Below, piece after piece: positions 10,628 through 20,219 of a stretch of DNA of 64,000 nt. Under the pieces are notes generated by a model. The model was not told the DNA's origin and did no database searches. It was given only the letters and a program-made list of their open reading frames with translations. How positions within the stretch are numbered: position 1 is the stretch's first letter; the number at the start of each line of letters is the position of its first letter. Source of the DNA: Halobacteriovoraceae bacterium (GTDB taxonomy: Bacteria > Bdellovibrionota > Bacteriovoracia > Bacteriovoracales > Bacteriovoracaceae); NCBI GenBank assembly GCA_963719505.1, contig CAVRCF010000005.1:832001-896000 (forward strand). The letters run 5' to 3'. The position numbers were made by a program, and so were the translations under genes.

Positions 10628-11725
10628 ATGAGAGTGAAGATCTATTCAGAGACTACATTTTCATTTATCGCTAAATGCCAAAAATATCTTAAAGATATCA
10701 TAAGGAATGAAACTAAAATTGAGGTGAGAACATCTCGGTTTGTTTTTAATCGTTACACCTATCCTATCTCCATCGTTACCTTCACAGGCTCTCATAAAAT
10801 TGGCTATTTTGATTCAAGCAATTATGAAATTGGATTGAATGCCAATCTTATCTACACAGTCAAAGAGCCCGTGCTAAAAGATATCCTTCGTCACGAATTC
10901 GCTCATTTTATAACATTTTTAAAGCATGGAGCGGTTCTTCCTCACGGTGAAGAGTTTAAAAAGGTTTGTCAGGACTATGGATGGACATCATCTATTTCTA
11001 AGGCCTCTATGGATATTCAATTGGCCAATACTGAGATGACGGGTGATCTTCAAACAGAGAAATTGATCACTAAGATTAAAAATCTTTTAAAACTATCAGA
11101 ATCATCAAATGAGCATGAAGCTCGCCTAGCAACATCAAAGGCCAATGCCCTGATGATAAAGCACAATCTTCAAAGAATAAATTCTGATCCAGAAGAAACT
11201 CTTTATGTTCAAGAAGTTTATTTTTCAAAAAAAAGAAATGCAAAACTCTCTGCGATTTATTCTATTCTTTCTCATTTTCTGGTGACTCCTGTTATGAACT
11301 ACACCAGTGAAGGCGTAAGACTTGAAATTACAGGTCAAAAAACAAATATTGAAATTGGCCAATATATTTCAGAATTTCTAGATCGTGAACTCGATAAGCT
11401 TTGGGCCATAGCTAAATATAAAAATAGCCTCAAAGGTCTCAAGCAAAAAAACTCCTTCTATGCAGGGGTTGCAAAGGGTTTTGATGACAAAATGAATGAA
11501 GGTGAAAGAGAGTTAACAAAATCAGAAAGTAGAGCTCTTGTCTCTTTCAAAAATGATTTAAAACTTAAAACCGATCGCATCTATGGACGCCTTCGATCTT
11601 CAGGCTCTAGTGCCTCTATTGATCAAAAAACACTCGGACTTGGTAAAGCGGCGGGGAAAAATCTTTCCATAAATAAAGGTCTTAAAGGATCTAAAACAAT
11701 AAAACAATTAGGATGGTTTAAATGA
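10628..11725 (+). CDS. SprT-like zinc metalloprotease domain plus DUF2786-like domain protein
   Basis: ILRHEFAH...PHGEEFK (SprT HExxH); KIKNLLKLSESSNEHEARLA...ALMIKHNL (DUF2786-like). Confidence 0.8.
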   Translation: MRVKIYSETTFSFIAKCQKYLKDIIRNETKIEVRTSRFVFNRYTYPISIVTFTGSHKIGYFDSSNYEIGLNANLIYTVKEPVLKDILRHEFAHFITFLKHGAVLPHGEEFKKVCQDYGWTSSISKASMDIQLANTEMTGDLQTEKLITKIKNLLKLSESSNEHEARLATSKANALMIKHNLQRINSDPEETLYVQEVYFSKKRNAKLSAIYSILSHFLVTPVMNYTSEGVRLEITGQKTNIEIGQYISEFLDRELDKLWAIAKYKNSLKGLKQKNSFYAGVAKGFDDKMNEGERELTKSESRALVSFKNDLKLKTDRIYGRLRSSGSSASIDQKTLGLGKAAGKNLSINKGLKGSKTIKQLGWFK

Positions 11726-12870
11726 ATAATTTTGAATTTTACAATCCCACCAAAATAATATTTGGAAAAGGACAGATTGATTCTGTCGCCAAAAATATAC
11801 CGCAAGACAAAAAGATCATGATGATTTTTGGAGGCGGAAGTATCAAGAATAATGGTATCTATGATCAGGTCAAAAAAGCTCTTATCGATCATACGGTTTT
11901 TGAATTTGGTGGAATAGAATCAAATCCAAAGTATGAGACGGCCATGAAAGCTGTTGAGATGGCACAAGAAAATTCAATTGATTATCTCTTAGCTGTCGGC
12001 GGTGGATCAGTTATCGATTCCACAAAGTTCATCAGTGCAGCCATACTTTTTAAAGGAGACGCTTGGGACATACCAACAAATAAAAAACAAGTTGGCGATG
12101 TGATCCCATTTGGTACTATTCTCACACTTCCAGCAACAGGCAGTGAGATGAACTGTTTTTCAGTCATGTCTAAAGGGCTTGATAAGCTTGGATTTGGGAA
12201 TTCTAAACTCTATCCACAATTTTCTATTCTCGATCCCCAAGTAACTTACTCTTTATCTGACAGACAGCTTGGCAATGGCTTAGTAGACGCTTTTGTTCAC
12301 ACAACAGAGCAGTACCTAACCACAGATATCAATACACCTTTGCAAGACAGATTTGCAGAAGGGATTTTGCAAACTCTCATCAGTGAGTCTGATAAGGTTC
12401 TTGAGATTAAAGAGCATTACGATAGTCGAGCAAACTTTATGTGGTCAACGACAATGGCTTTAAATGGTCTTATTGGATCGGGAGTTGTACACGACTGGTC
12501 AACTCATATGATAGGCCATGAACTTACGGCCCTTCATGGACTCGATCACGCCAGAAGTCTTGCCGTTATTTTGCCAAGTGTCCTTCGTGAGCTAAAAGAT
12601 CAAAAGAGAAGAAAACTTCTCCAGTTTGCTCAAAGAGTATGGGGAATAGAAGGCGGCACACCAGAGGAAAGAATAGAGAAAGCAATTCTTGCGACGGAGG
12701 ATTTTTTCAACCGTGTCGGGCTTCCAACCAAACTTAAAGTCTACAAAATAACCGAAGATGATTTCGCTCCTATTGTAAAGTCTCTCAGGTCGCATATTCC
12801 TGTAAATTTAGGTGAAGCTAAGAATATAGATGAACAGATGGTGATGAAAATTTTAAAGAGGGCTTTATAA
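11722..12870 (+). CDS. yqhD: Iron-containing alcohol dehydrogenase (YqhD-like NADPH aldehyde reductase)
   Basis: FEFYNPTKIIFGKG, GGGSIK, LAVGGGSVID, TLPATGSE, HMIGHELTALHGLDHA. Confidence 0.88.
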   Translation: MNNFEFYNPTKIIFGKGQIDSVAKNIPQDKKIMMIFGGGSIKNNGIYDQVKKALIDHTVFEFGGIESNPKYETAMKAVEMAQENSIDYLLAVGGGSVIDSTKFISAAILFKGDAWDIPTNKKQVGDVIPFGTILTLPATGSEMNCFSVMSKGLDKLGFGNSKLYPQFSILDPQVTYSLSDRQLGNGLVDAFVHTTEQYLTTDINTPLQDRFAEGILQTLISESDKVLEIKEHYDSRANFMWSTTMALNGLIGSGVVHDWSTHMIGHELTALHGLDHARSLAVILPSVLRELKDQKRRKLLQFAQRVWGIEGGTPEERIEKAILATEDFFNRVGLPTKLKVYKITEDDFAPIVKSLRSHIPVNLGEAKNIDEQMVMKILKRAL

Positions 12871-13244
12871 TGAATAGTAAAAAAATACTTTTAGTCGGTT
12901 CGATATTTGTCTTCTTAGCTGTTCTTTTAGGCGCTTTTGGAGCTCATGGTCTCAAGAAAATACTTGAGCCCCAAGCCTTGGAAACCTTCAAAACCGGTGT
13001 GACTTACCAGTTCTATCACGGTTTTGGCTTAATTGCTTTGGCCCTCATTAATCAAGTTTTTAACATCGACGTGAGAAAGTCTGCTCTATTATTCATTATA
13101 GGCATCTTCCTTTTCAGTGGAAACTGCTACCTGTATTCGCTTACCCAAATTAAAACGATTGCCCTCATCATCCCTGCCGGAGGACTTTGTTTTATCGCGG
13201 GTTGGCTTCTCTTAACAATAAAAGTATCAAAGAAGAGAGTTTAG
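12870..13244 (+). CDS. DUF423 (YgdD/TMEM256) membrane protein
   Basis: LGAFGAHGL...TGVTYQFYHG...FSG...P.GG motifs. Confidence 0.9.
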   Translation: MNSKKILLVGSIFVFLAVLLGAFGAHGLKKILEPQALETFKTGVTYQFYHGFGLIALALINQVFNIDVRKSALLFIIGIFLFSGNCYLYSLTQIKTIALIIPAGGLCFIAGWLLLTIKVSKKRV

Positions 13245-13589
13245 ATGAAAGTTTTATTTATATTTTTTTCGTTTCTATGCCTCTCTTGCTCTCAAAAGTA
13301 TCAAACCTTTGATGTGATAAAGAAGAAAGATTTTGTTTTTGGTGAACCTCACAATCCAACACTTCCGGCAAAGCGCTTGGGGAGAAAGGTTATTCAAAAC
13401 ACCTGTGAGGGACAGTTTTTATTTTTTAGAAACGCAAAGAAAATTACAGATGGATCAATCCCCGCGCTGGTCAATTTTAGTTGTCCAGGAGAAGAGTATC
13501 TCTTAAATGCGAGAATAAAAGAGACGTGGTGGACGACGATCCTCTACTCTAGAAGCTGCGTAGAAATCGCGAGTTATTGCCCGCGCTAA
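13245..13589 (+). CDS. Small Cys-containing lipoprotein
   Basis: Lipobox-like CLSC; four further Cys; starts directly after the DUF423 stop. Confidence 0.7.
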   Translation: MKVLFIFFSFLCLSCSQKYQTFDVIKKKDFVFGEPHNPTLPAKRLGRKVIQNTCEGQFLFFRNAKKITDGSIPALVNFSCPGEEYLLNARIKETWWTTILYSRSCVEIASYCPR

Positions 13590-13629
13590 CTTTTATATAT
13601 CCTTTGCTCTGTTTATAAGACGCTAATAT

Positions 13630-13646
13630 GACGTGATTTGAATTGT
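13630..13646 (+). repeat. Left copy of the target-site duplication
   Basis: 17/17 identical to 14955..14971. Confidence 0.85.
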
Positions 13647-14954
13647 ATAAAGATTCGACAATTATGTCCTATCCTTATTTCCCAGCGAAAATGTCCTACT
13701 TAACGCATTAATATTACAATACTCAGGTAATCAAACCTGAGGTGTTAAATGGGAAAAATAAGCATGGATGCTAAACAAATGAAGCTTTATAGACTCGCCT
13801 GTGAAGTCTTAGCCGGAAAAATTTCTATTAAAGAATTTTCCATCATATCTAAAAAGTCATATCGCCAGTCTCAACGTATTATTAAGAATGTTGAGACTCA
13901 TGACTTCATAGGAGTCATACATAAAAATTCTGGTGTTGCTCCAGTAAATAAAACTTCTGAAAGACTAGAAGCTTTGATCGTAGATCTTCTAACTTATAAG
14001 TATGTTGGATTTAATCTCACTCACTTTAACGAAATGTTAATTAAAAATGAAAACATTAAAATTTCAAAGTCTTCACTTCATCGAATTGCAACTAAACACA
14101 ATCTTGTAAAAGCTCCAAGAAGAGCGAAGAGAAGATCTTTCAAGCCTAGAGCCAGAGTCCCTCAAGAAGGTATGCTCGTGCAGTTCGATGGAAGCCATCA
14201 CCCTTGGTTTGGTAATCACAAATCGGACTTAATTGCAGCAATCGACGATGCAACCGGAAAGATTTTAGCAGCAGAGTTTTTTTATGGAGAGAAGTCGATG
14301 CATTCGATGAAAGTTATCAAGGAAGTAATTGATAAAAATGGAATTCCAGAAGCCTTCTACATGGATCAAGCAGGGATTTATGGAAAGGTAGATCGAGACT
14401 GGGAATCTCAGATCTCAAGAGCCTTTGATCAGGTTAATATTAACTTAATTCTTGCAAGCTCTCCACAAGCTAAAGGACGAGTAGAGCGTCTCTTTAGGAC
14501 TCTACAAGATCGACTGGTAGCGGAGCTTTCATTTTATAAAATAGAAACTTTGGAAGAGGCAAATGACTATTTGAGAACAACTTTTATAGAAGCTTTTAAT
14601 AAGCAGTTCTCGGTAGAGTCGCAAAGCTTCGATACAGCTTACAGGAAAAATGTTTTTGGAAATTTAGACAGAGTTTTTTGTAAAAAAGAGAGAAGAAAAA
14701 TTGGAGTTGGAAACGTATTTTCTTTCGAAGCAATTACTTGGTTGATAGACGAAAAGTTTTGCTATCGAGGTCGCGAAGTGAATATAAATACCCATCTTGA
14801 TGGCAGTCAGAGCTTTGATATTATGGGTAAAGAAATATATCCAATAGTGTTCAACACAAAGAGGATTTATGACTATAAAAAGCGAGCAATATGACACACA
14901 AGGTAGGACATAATCGCTGGGATATTAACCGGACATAGTCGCTGGGATTCAACA
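13646..14954 (+). mobile_element. Insertion sequence, ISNCY/IS1202-like, about 1.31 kb
   Basis: DDE transposase flanked by direct repeat GACGTGATTTGAATTGT (13630..13646 and 14955..14971). Each end has two copies of a CCCAGCGA-N-TATGTCC-like site in inverted orientation. Right end ...TTCAACA. The left boundary is ambiguous (13644-13647). Confidence 0.88.
13749..14894 (+). CDS. DDE integrase-core transposase (ISNCY/IS1202-like)
   Basis: GMLVQFDGSHHPWF, IDDATG, AFYMD, SSPQAKGRVERLFRTLQDRL. Confidence 0.93.
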   Translation: MGKISMDAKQMKLYRLACEVLAGKISIKEFSIISKKSYRQSQRIIKNVETHDFIGVIHKNSGVAPVNKTSERLEALIVDLLTYKYVGFNLTHFNEMLIKNENIKISKSSLHRIATKHNLVKAPRRAKRRSFKPRARVPQEGMLVQFDGSHHPWFGNHKSDLIAAIDDATGKILAAEFFYGEKSMHSMKVIKEVIDKNGIPEAFYMDQAGIYGKVDRDWESQISRAFDQVNINLILASSPQAKGRVERLFRTLQDRLVAELSFYKIETLEEANDYLRTTFIEAFNKQFSVESQSFDTAYRKNVFGNLDRVFCKKERRKIGVGNVFSFEAITWLIDEKFCYRGREVNINTHLDGSQSFDIMGKEIYPIVFNTKRIYDYKKRAI

Positions 14955-14971
14955 GACGTGATTTGAATTGT
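14955..14971 (+). repeat. Right copy of the target-site duplication
   Basis: 17/17 identical to 13630..13646. Confidence 0.85.
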
Positions 14972-15075
14972 CTATAAATTAGACAGCATCCTCATTTTTT
15001 TTCAGTTCCGGTATTTTTCCAACTAAAACTCCCCTAATCTAGACCTATATTGAATTCTTTATAGGTGAGATTATT

Positions 15076-16251
15076 ATGAATAAACTGTTATTTACGCTTC
15101 CTCTACTTGCTCTTTCTGTTCAGGTCTTTGCAAAAGACTATGACGAAGTCTTTCCTGAGTATTTTGAATACTGCTCGGCAACTCAAGTGAAGTATACTCA
15201 GGATTATTTTGATGGCTCTGAAGGCGGACCAGGCGGCCATGGCTTTCTCTATATCCATGGGCTCTGTAAAGACAATACCAAAGACTACCCTCAAGTTAAG
15301 CCGTGTGAAACTGAAGGTTCCGGAGTTGGGATATCACTTGATAGCGACTACGCGAATGTTAAATGGATTGCTGTTCCCGGAAAAGATTTAATGATGAACG
15401 GAAATCACTCTATTGAAGATAAAACACCCGTAAGCATTGAAGAGATTGAAGATGTAAAACTTAAAGCTTATGAGCTAGAAATATTCAAAGGCGTAAGGCT
15501 CAAAGGTGAAGATATTGCCAAATTCAAATTTGGATCAAAGAAATACGAGATGGCCGCTGCTGAGTGGTCAATAGGAACTGATATTGCCTTGAGATTTGGA
15601 AGAGAGTTGAGATTTGGAAGAGAGTTGAGATGTACCAAAACTCCAATTTCAAAAGAGCAAGTTGCCGATCTCGCAACATACTTAAATGCTGAAAATAATA
15701 AGTACTACACAACTGGTGAAACTTACGACTGGAGTTTTGTGTATAATAACTGCTCCCATTTAACATTAAACGCAGGAGCTTCAATTGAACTTAATCAATC
15801 TATAAAGTCAGATCAAAGCTTCCTTAAACAACTGACGAATCTCGCCGTTCCTGCGAACGCTTATATGAGTTTGTCAGATCAGTGGACTTTAAAAAATCTC
15901 AAATTGAGGCATTTGAAAAAAAGTAATTCATTTAAAAAGTATTCCACCCATCCAAATCAGCTTGGTGCTCTCATGGAAAAAATGCCGGCTTTCCAAACAA
16001 ATGCTATGTTGTTAACTGACGACATCAAGGGGATATCAATTCCAAGAAAGAACATTTTAAAAATGTTTAAAACGGCTAAAGGTTATGACAAGTATCTCAC
16101 GAGAGCTGAAAACACTGACTTAAAAGAAAATGCAAAAAAATGGATCTCGGTATATAAGAGGCTTATGAATAAGTTAGAAAAAAAGGGAAATCAAGCTTCT
16201 AAAGAATATGAGTATCTGTCAAGACAGCTAGAGAAAGCTCAATCAATTTAG
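15076..16251 (+). CDS. Secreted hypothetical protein, possible permuted papain-like/DUF4105-type His...Cys enzyme
   Basis: Signal peptide; GHGFLY upstream of YDWSFVYNNCSH; contains an 18-bp tandem duplication. Confidence 0.7.
   Translation: MNKLLFTLPLLALSVQVFAKDYDEVFPEYFEYCSATQVKYTQDYFDGSEGGPGGHGFLYIHGLCKDNTKDYPQVKPCETEGSGVGISLDSDYANVKWIAVPGKDLMMNGNHSIEDKTPVSIEEIEDVKLKAYELEIFKGVRLKGEDIAKFKFGSKKYEMAAAEWSIGTDIALRFGRELRFGRELRCTKTPISKEQVADLATYLNAENNKYYTTGETYDWSFVYNNCSHLTLNAGASIELNQSIKSDQSFLKQLTNLAVPANAYMSLSDQWTLKNLKLRHLKKSNSFKKYSTHPNQLGALMEKMPAFQTNAMLLTDDIKGISIPRKNILKMFKTAKGYDKYLTRAENTDLKENAKKWISVYKRLMNKLEKKGNQASKEYEYLSRQLEKAQSI
15589..15631 (+). repeat. In-frame 18-bp tandem duplication (LRFGRE x2)
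   Basis: TTGAGATTTGGAAGAGAG twice, then TTGAGAT. Confidence 0.9.
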
Positions 16252-16356
16252 AAAGTGCCTCTTGATTTATTTAACAGTAAGAGAGTTCAGTCTAAATTTT
16301 AAATATCTTGAGATATAGTAAAAACGAATACCATATTTGAGAATAGAATCTTTCAT

Positions 16357-17067
16357 TTAAATATCCCTTTTATTTGGTCCATGAATTATTTTATGCTGTT
16401 GGCCTATCACTCTAAAAGGTGCACCAAAATCTTCATTAAGACGAACCACTTCAGAGAATCTAGCAGCTGGAAATTCTTCTTCAGGTTCATAACAAGGAGT
16501 GAGTACCCAAGGAATATCGGCCTTTGTCTCACTCATTCCTAGTATTTCTGAAAGCGTATCAAAGGTTGATTCAAAATCTTTTTTATCTGCTATCACGGCT
16601 TTAATTTGCGCCTTTCCAGAATACTGGTCACAAAGGGCCTTTAAAACTTTTTTATTCGTCACAACCCCTGTTGAAGGTGTTTTATAGTCAAAGCTTACAA
16701 AGTCAACGATATCAAAAAGTTCGTTAACCACTCTTGTCCCCGCAGCTTCAATATTGACATAAAAGCCACTTTTCTTAAGAACTCTCGAAAGTTCAATGGC
16801 CGCCGGAGCATTTTTTGGATGAAGGGGATCTCCACCAGTAATCGATACTCTTTGAATTCGATGGACTCCTGAACCTGATAAATCTTCAATTTTTGCCAAA
16901 ACCTCTTGAAGAGTCATCGTCTCATCTGTGAATTCCCAAGTCTCTTTTGAGTCGCAGTTGACACAACCAATTGTACAACCTTGAAAACGGACAAAGACCT
17001 GCGGGGTTCCAATATGGATCCCTTCACCTTCAGTAGAGCGAAATATAGAGTGAATACGTAAATTCAT
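16357..17067 (-). CDS. queE: 7-carboxy-7-deazaguanine synthase (radical SAM)
   Basis: IFRSTEGEG, FVRFQGCTIGCVNCDS (CxxxCxxC), SITGGDP, QQHKII. Confidence 0.85.
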   Translation of the reverse strand: MNLRIHSIFRSTEGEGIHIGTPQVFVRFQGCTIGCVNCDSKETWEFTDETMTLQEVLAKIEDLSGSGVHRIQRVSITGGDPLHPKNAPAAIELSRVLKKSGFYVNIEAAGTRVVNELFDIVDFVSFDYKTPSTGVVTNKKVLKALCDQYSGKAQIKAVIADKKDFESTFDTLSEILGMSETKADIPWVLTPCYEPEEEFPAARFSEVVRLNEDFGAPFRVIGQQHKIIHGPNKRDI

Positions 17068-17206
17068 TGTTTACGCTTATAGCACAGGTAAATCGACATT
17101 TGAAAAGGAAAACCCCTATTTATCGCTGTGCATGCAAATTTTACAAATGCTAATCATTTCGCCATAATTAATGGTAAGTAATGAATATTACTATTTTGGA
17201 GAAAAG

Positions 17207-18079
17207 ATGAATCATGTTTTAAAAGCAGGCTTATTTTTATTATTAGTCGGATGCGGTGCCGCTGACAATACAAGGGATGATCCAAATAATGGCGCAAGAG
17301 AACCTGAAGTAACTAGACCTGAAGTTGGTTCTGAAGTTGAATTCAAGCCCCTTGAAAGATCGATGATTAGAAGGGTAAAAGGCGTCAACAGACCAAGCTA
17401 TGCACAAGTTAAAGCTTCTCTTTCTGGCACAGGCTTACCTGTCGTCTATCAGACAACACCCACCCCTACTCCAACCGAAGCCACACCTGTAGAGATGATC
17501 CCGACCCAGAGGTTATCAACCGACTGTGGAGTCTCAAAAGATGACACCCTCACCATTAATCAGAGAATAATAGATTGTCAGTCCAAGATCGGTCAAAGGT
17601 CATCAACAACATGGTCAGCCTTTGTCAATGGAATCTCAGGTGAAGGAAACTGGTTTCTTGTGACTTATATTGATAAGTTAAAAGTATGGCAAGATGCTTC
17701 AACAGGACTTCTTTGGAGTGATATCGTGAAAGCTGGTACTTTTGTCGAAGCTCTTGGGCGCGACCCACAAGACCTAGAAAGAGATATATTAAGCGTTTGT
17801 TCAAGTCTTGATGACAATAGAAAAGCAGCACTGGGTAACTTACCCGTCAAGCAAGTGAAGTGGCGACTCCCCAATCGAGAAGAATTTTTACAAGCTGATA
17901 TAAATGGAGCTAAAAGTGTCCTAACCGATAGTGGGACAAATCTTTGGACCGCTTCATACCACGAAGATAATGCTGGAGACCCAACCGCTTGGTCAATAGA
18001 GCAGAAAAGTGGAATTTTAAAATCGACACCGATATCCGAATCGTTAAACATTCGTTGTATTGGAGTTATTACGGAGTGA
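17207..18079 (+). CDS. Lipoprotein with DUF1566/Lcl (C-type-lectin-like) C-terminal domain
   Basis: Likely start ATG 17207 after GGAG; LVGC lipobox; WQDASTGLLWS, WRLPNREE, LWTAS, IRCI. Confidence 0.72.
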   Translation: MNHVLKAGLFLLLVGCGAADNTRDDPNNGAREPEVTRPEVGSEVEFKPLERSMIRRVKGVNRPSYAQVKASLSGTGLPVVYQTTPTPTPTEATPVEMIPTQRLSTDCGVSKDDTLTINQRIIDCQSKIGQRSSTTWSAFVNGISGEGNWFLVTYIDKLKVWQDASTGLLWSDIVKAGTFVEALGRDPQDLERDILSVCSSLDDNRKAALGNLPVKQVKWRLPNREEFLQADINGAKSVLTDSGTNLWTASYHEDNAGDPTAWSIEQKSGILKSTPISESLNIRCIGVITE

Positions 18080-18082
18080 TAA

Positions 18083-18436
18083 ATGAATGATAATCAGCTC
18101 AAGGAAGAAGCGATTAAAAGAGCTTTAGAACAGATCGGCTCTATTGAAAACCAGGTTAACAATCCCATGTATAACCTTGAAAAAGAACAAACCTATAGCG
18201 TCAAAATCGATATCGACAATAGCGTAGAACATGGAAAGTTTAAACCAAATCCGAAATTTGAAGGCGCCTGGCTTACAAGCAACCAAACCTTCAAGGCCAT
18301 GAAAAAAGACATTTTTGCCATGGACGAGAAGCTTTTAGAACTATCAATTCCCTATCAATGCCACTCATGTAAAAGTGATCTCGATCGACAGTTTTGGCAC
18401 TTTTGTCCTTACTGCGGCTCACAATTCTTAAACTAA
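18083..18436 (+). CDS. Zinc-ribbon domain protein
   Basis: C-terminal CHSC...FCPYCG. Confidence 0.7.
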   Translation: MNDNQLKEEAIKRALEQIGSIENQVNNPMYNLEKEQTYSVKIDIDNSVEHGKFKPNPKFEGAWLTSNQTFKAMKKDIFAMDEKLLELSIPYQCHSCKSDLDRQFWHFCPYCGSQFLN

Positions 18437-18477
18437 TTTAGTTTGACGCTCCAACGACTGAGACTTATCATTATATT

Positions 18478-19467
18478 ATGTTATTAACGCAAAAATATCA
18501 TAGCGCAAAAGATATCGATCCTGAGTTTATTCCAAGCCTTGAGGAATTACTCAGCGAATGTGTGCCTTCATTTAACTGGCTTAAAAACTTCGAAGAAAGT
18601 GCCCCTGAAAATACCCACTTTGCCTATTACCTCTTTTTTGGAACACAACATAATTCACCGGTGGGCTTTGCCCAGGTCTCTCTTGAGGGTGAAGTAAAAG
18701 AGAAGAGTCTCTTTTCAAAATTCTTTAAACAAAACTCTCCATCTGAATCTATAAAAAAAGCGTATTGGAAAATGCCAGGTAGTCTCAATGAAGGCATTAT
18801 TTTTCAGCCGATGTATATAAAAGATGCCAAAGATAAAACGAAAAGTTTATTCAAAGAATACCTAGACAGAAAAGATATAGAAATCCAATCCCTTTGTTTT
18901 TCAAAAGCCTTACATGAACTCGAAGAAATTAAAAACGAGTCAAAAGCATCAAAAACGGAAACTGTCATTCCCGGCACTTTGATAAAGACAGCGAACTCTT
19001 ACGAAAACTATCTTTCATCACTGTCAGATGAGTTTCAAACACAAATAAAAAAATCTTGGCGCTCTTTTTATAAAGAAGGAATGAAGCTGGGTGAATACTC
19101 CAGTCTTAAAGAAATTTTCTCTTACAGAAAGGGAGCAAATGAAGTTTATAGAAAGTTAAAATCAGATTGGATTTTTAAGCAGTATAAACACGAGCAATGC
19201 CTTCACTTAACAGTTGAAAAAGAAAATAGTGTTCTCGCGATAATCTTTTTTATCAAAGGCCATGGCGGACACTACTTTTTTGATACCTACTGTTTAGATA
19301 ACTCCGTTGATGAGCTCATGCTATGCCAACTCACAATTATGAAGTTTTATGAGATTGAAGATTCTCAAAGGCTACATCTGATGAAAAGAAGTGAAAGTCT
19401 TCCTCTTTATCAAAACCAAGGGTTCTCACTTCATTGTCAAATCCACATGAGTGTTCACCCGCGGTGA
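18478..19467 (+). CDS. Hypothetical protein, possibly GNAT/FemAB-like fold
   Basis: 329-aa ORF. SYENYLSSLS...QIKKSWR resembles GNAT_6-type segments, a weak match. Confidence 0.6.
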   Translation: MLLTQKYHSAKDIDPEFIPSLEELLSECVPSFNWLKNFEESAPENTHFAYYLFFGTQHNSPVGFAQVSLEGEVKEKSLFSKFFKQNSPSESIKKAYWKMPGSLNEGIIFQPMYIKDAKDKTKSLFKEYLDRKDIEIQSLCFSKALHELEEIKNESKASKTETVIPGTLIKTANSYENYLSSLSDEFQTQIKKSWRSFYKEGMKLGEYSSLKEIFSYRKGANEVYRKLKSDWIFKQYKHEQCLHLTVEKENSVLAIIFFIKGHGGHYFFDTYCLDNSVDELMLCQLTIMKFYEIEDSQRLHLMKRSESLPLYQNQGFSLHCQIHMSVHPR

Positions 19468-19829
19468 AATTAACCTATCCAATTATTTTAGAAATTATTA
19501 CGTCGTTTTATGATAAAGCAACAAAAGACATTCTTATTGGTTATCATTTTAGGTTTATTGAAGACTTTGATGAACACCTGCCAAGAATAGCCTCCTTTTG
19601 GCAGCTACAACTAACAGGGAAAATAGACGCTAAAGAACAACTTCCCTTTAATCTTATCGCTGCTCATAAGCCACTAAAACTCAACAAAGGTGAAGTTCAT
19701 CGCTGGGTCATTTTATTTGAGAATACCCTTGATGAGTTTATTCAATCTCAAAAGATATCCGACATGGACAAAATAGATTGGATGAAAAAAGTTGAAAAAT
19801 TTAAAATAAAGATCTTAACTCTTTGTTAA
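19464..19829 (+). CDS. Group III truncated hemoglobin
   Basis: FYDKATKDILIGYHF, HLPRIASFW, AHKPL, RWVILFE. GTG 19464 overlaps the upstream stop. Confidence 0.82.
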   Translation: MKLTYPIILEIITSFYDKATKDILIGYHFRFIEDFDEHLPRIASFWQLQLTGKIDAKEQLPFNLIAAHKPLKLNKGEVHRWVILFENTLDEFIQSQKISDMDKIDWMKKVEKFKIKILTLC

Positions 19830-20203
19830 AAAGCTTTTTTTGCAAACAGATGAGAAAGGACAAATCTTTCAAGTATTGGCTCCCCTCTAACATCTTCAAA
19901 AACCCAATTTCGAGAGTAGAATGCCTTCAGACGCTTCGCTGATTCAAAAGCATTTTTTTGGTCTTCATAGTATAGTGCTTTTACTTCTAAATTTTTAATC
20001 ACAACGAGATATCCAGTTCGACAGGGATACTTATAGTCATTACAATCGACGAGCGCTTTATCAATGGTTCCGACCTTTATTCTCATGGTAGGATCCGCCA
20101 GTCGGGTCATACTGAGCATCTGATCTCTTGAAAAATTTGGTAAGTCATCATTTTTGGAGCAGCTAAGTAATAAGGTAAAAAGGATCAAAATAAAAATTTT
20201 CAT
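19826..20203 (-). CDS. Hypothetical lipoprotein
   Basis: LLSC lipobox; 125 aa. Confidence 0.7.
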   Translation of the reverse strand: MKIFILILFTLLLSCSKNDDLPNFSRDQMLSMTRLADPTMRIKVGTIDKALVDCNDYKYPCRTGYLVVIKNLEVKALYYEDQKNAFESAKRLKAFYSRNWVFEDVRGEPILERFVLSHLFAKKAF

Positions 20204-20219
20204 AACCTACTATAACATC

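Noticed and set aside
13600..13645. dif/XerCD site beside the IS1202-like element
   Set aside because: No recognisable XerD arm (TTATGTTAAAT) in either flank.
16357..17067. queE as part of a 7-deazaguanine DNA-modification island
   Set aside because: No dpd, queC or queD genes are nearby, so it is most likely housekeeping.
17207..18079. DUF1566 protein as a diversity-generating retroelement target
   Set aside because: I saw no reverse transcriptase and no template repeat with adenine-specific mismatches in this window.
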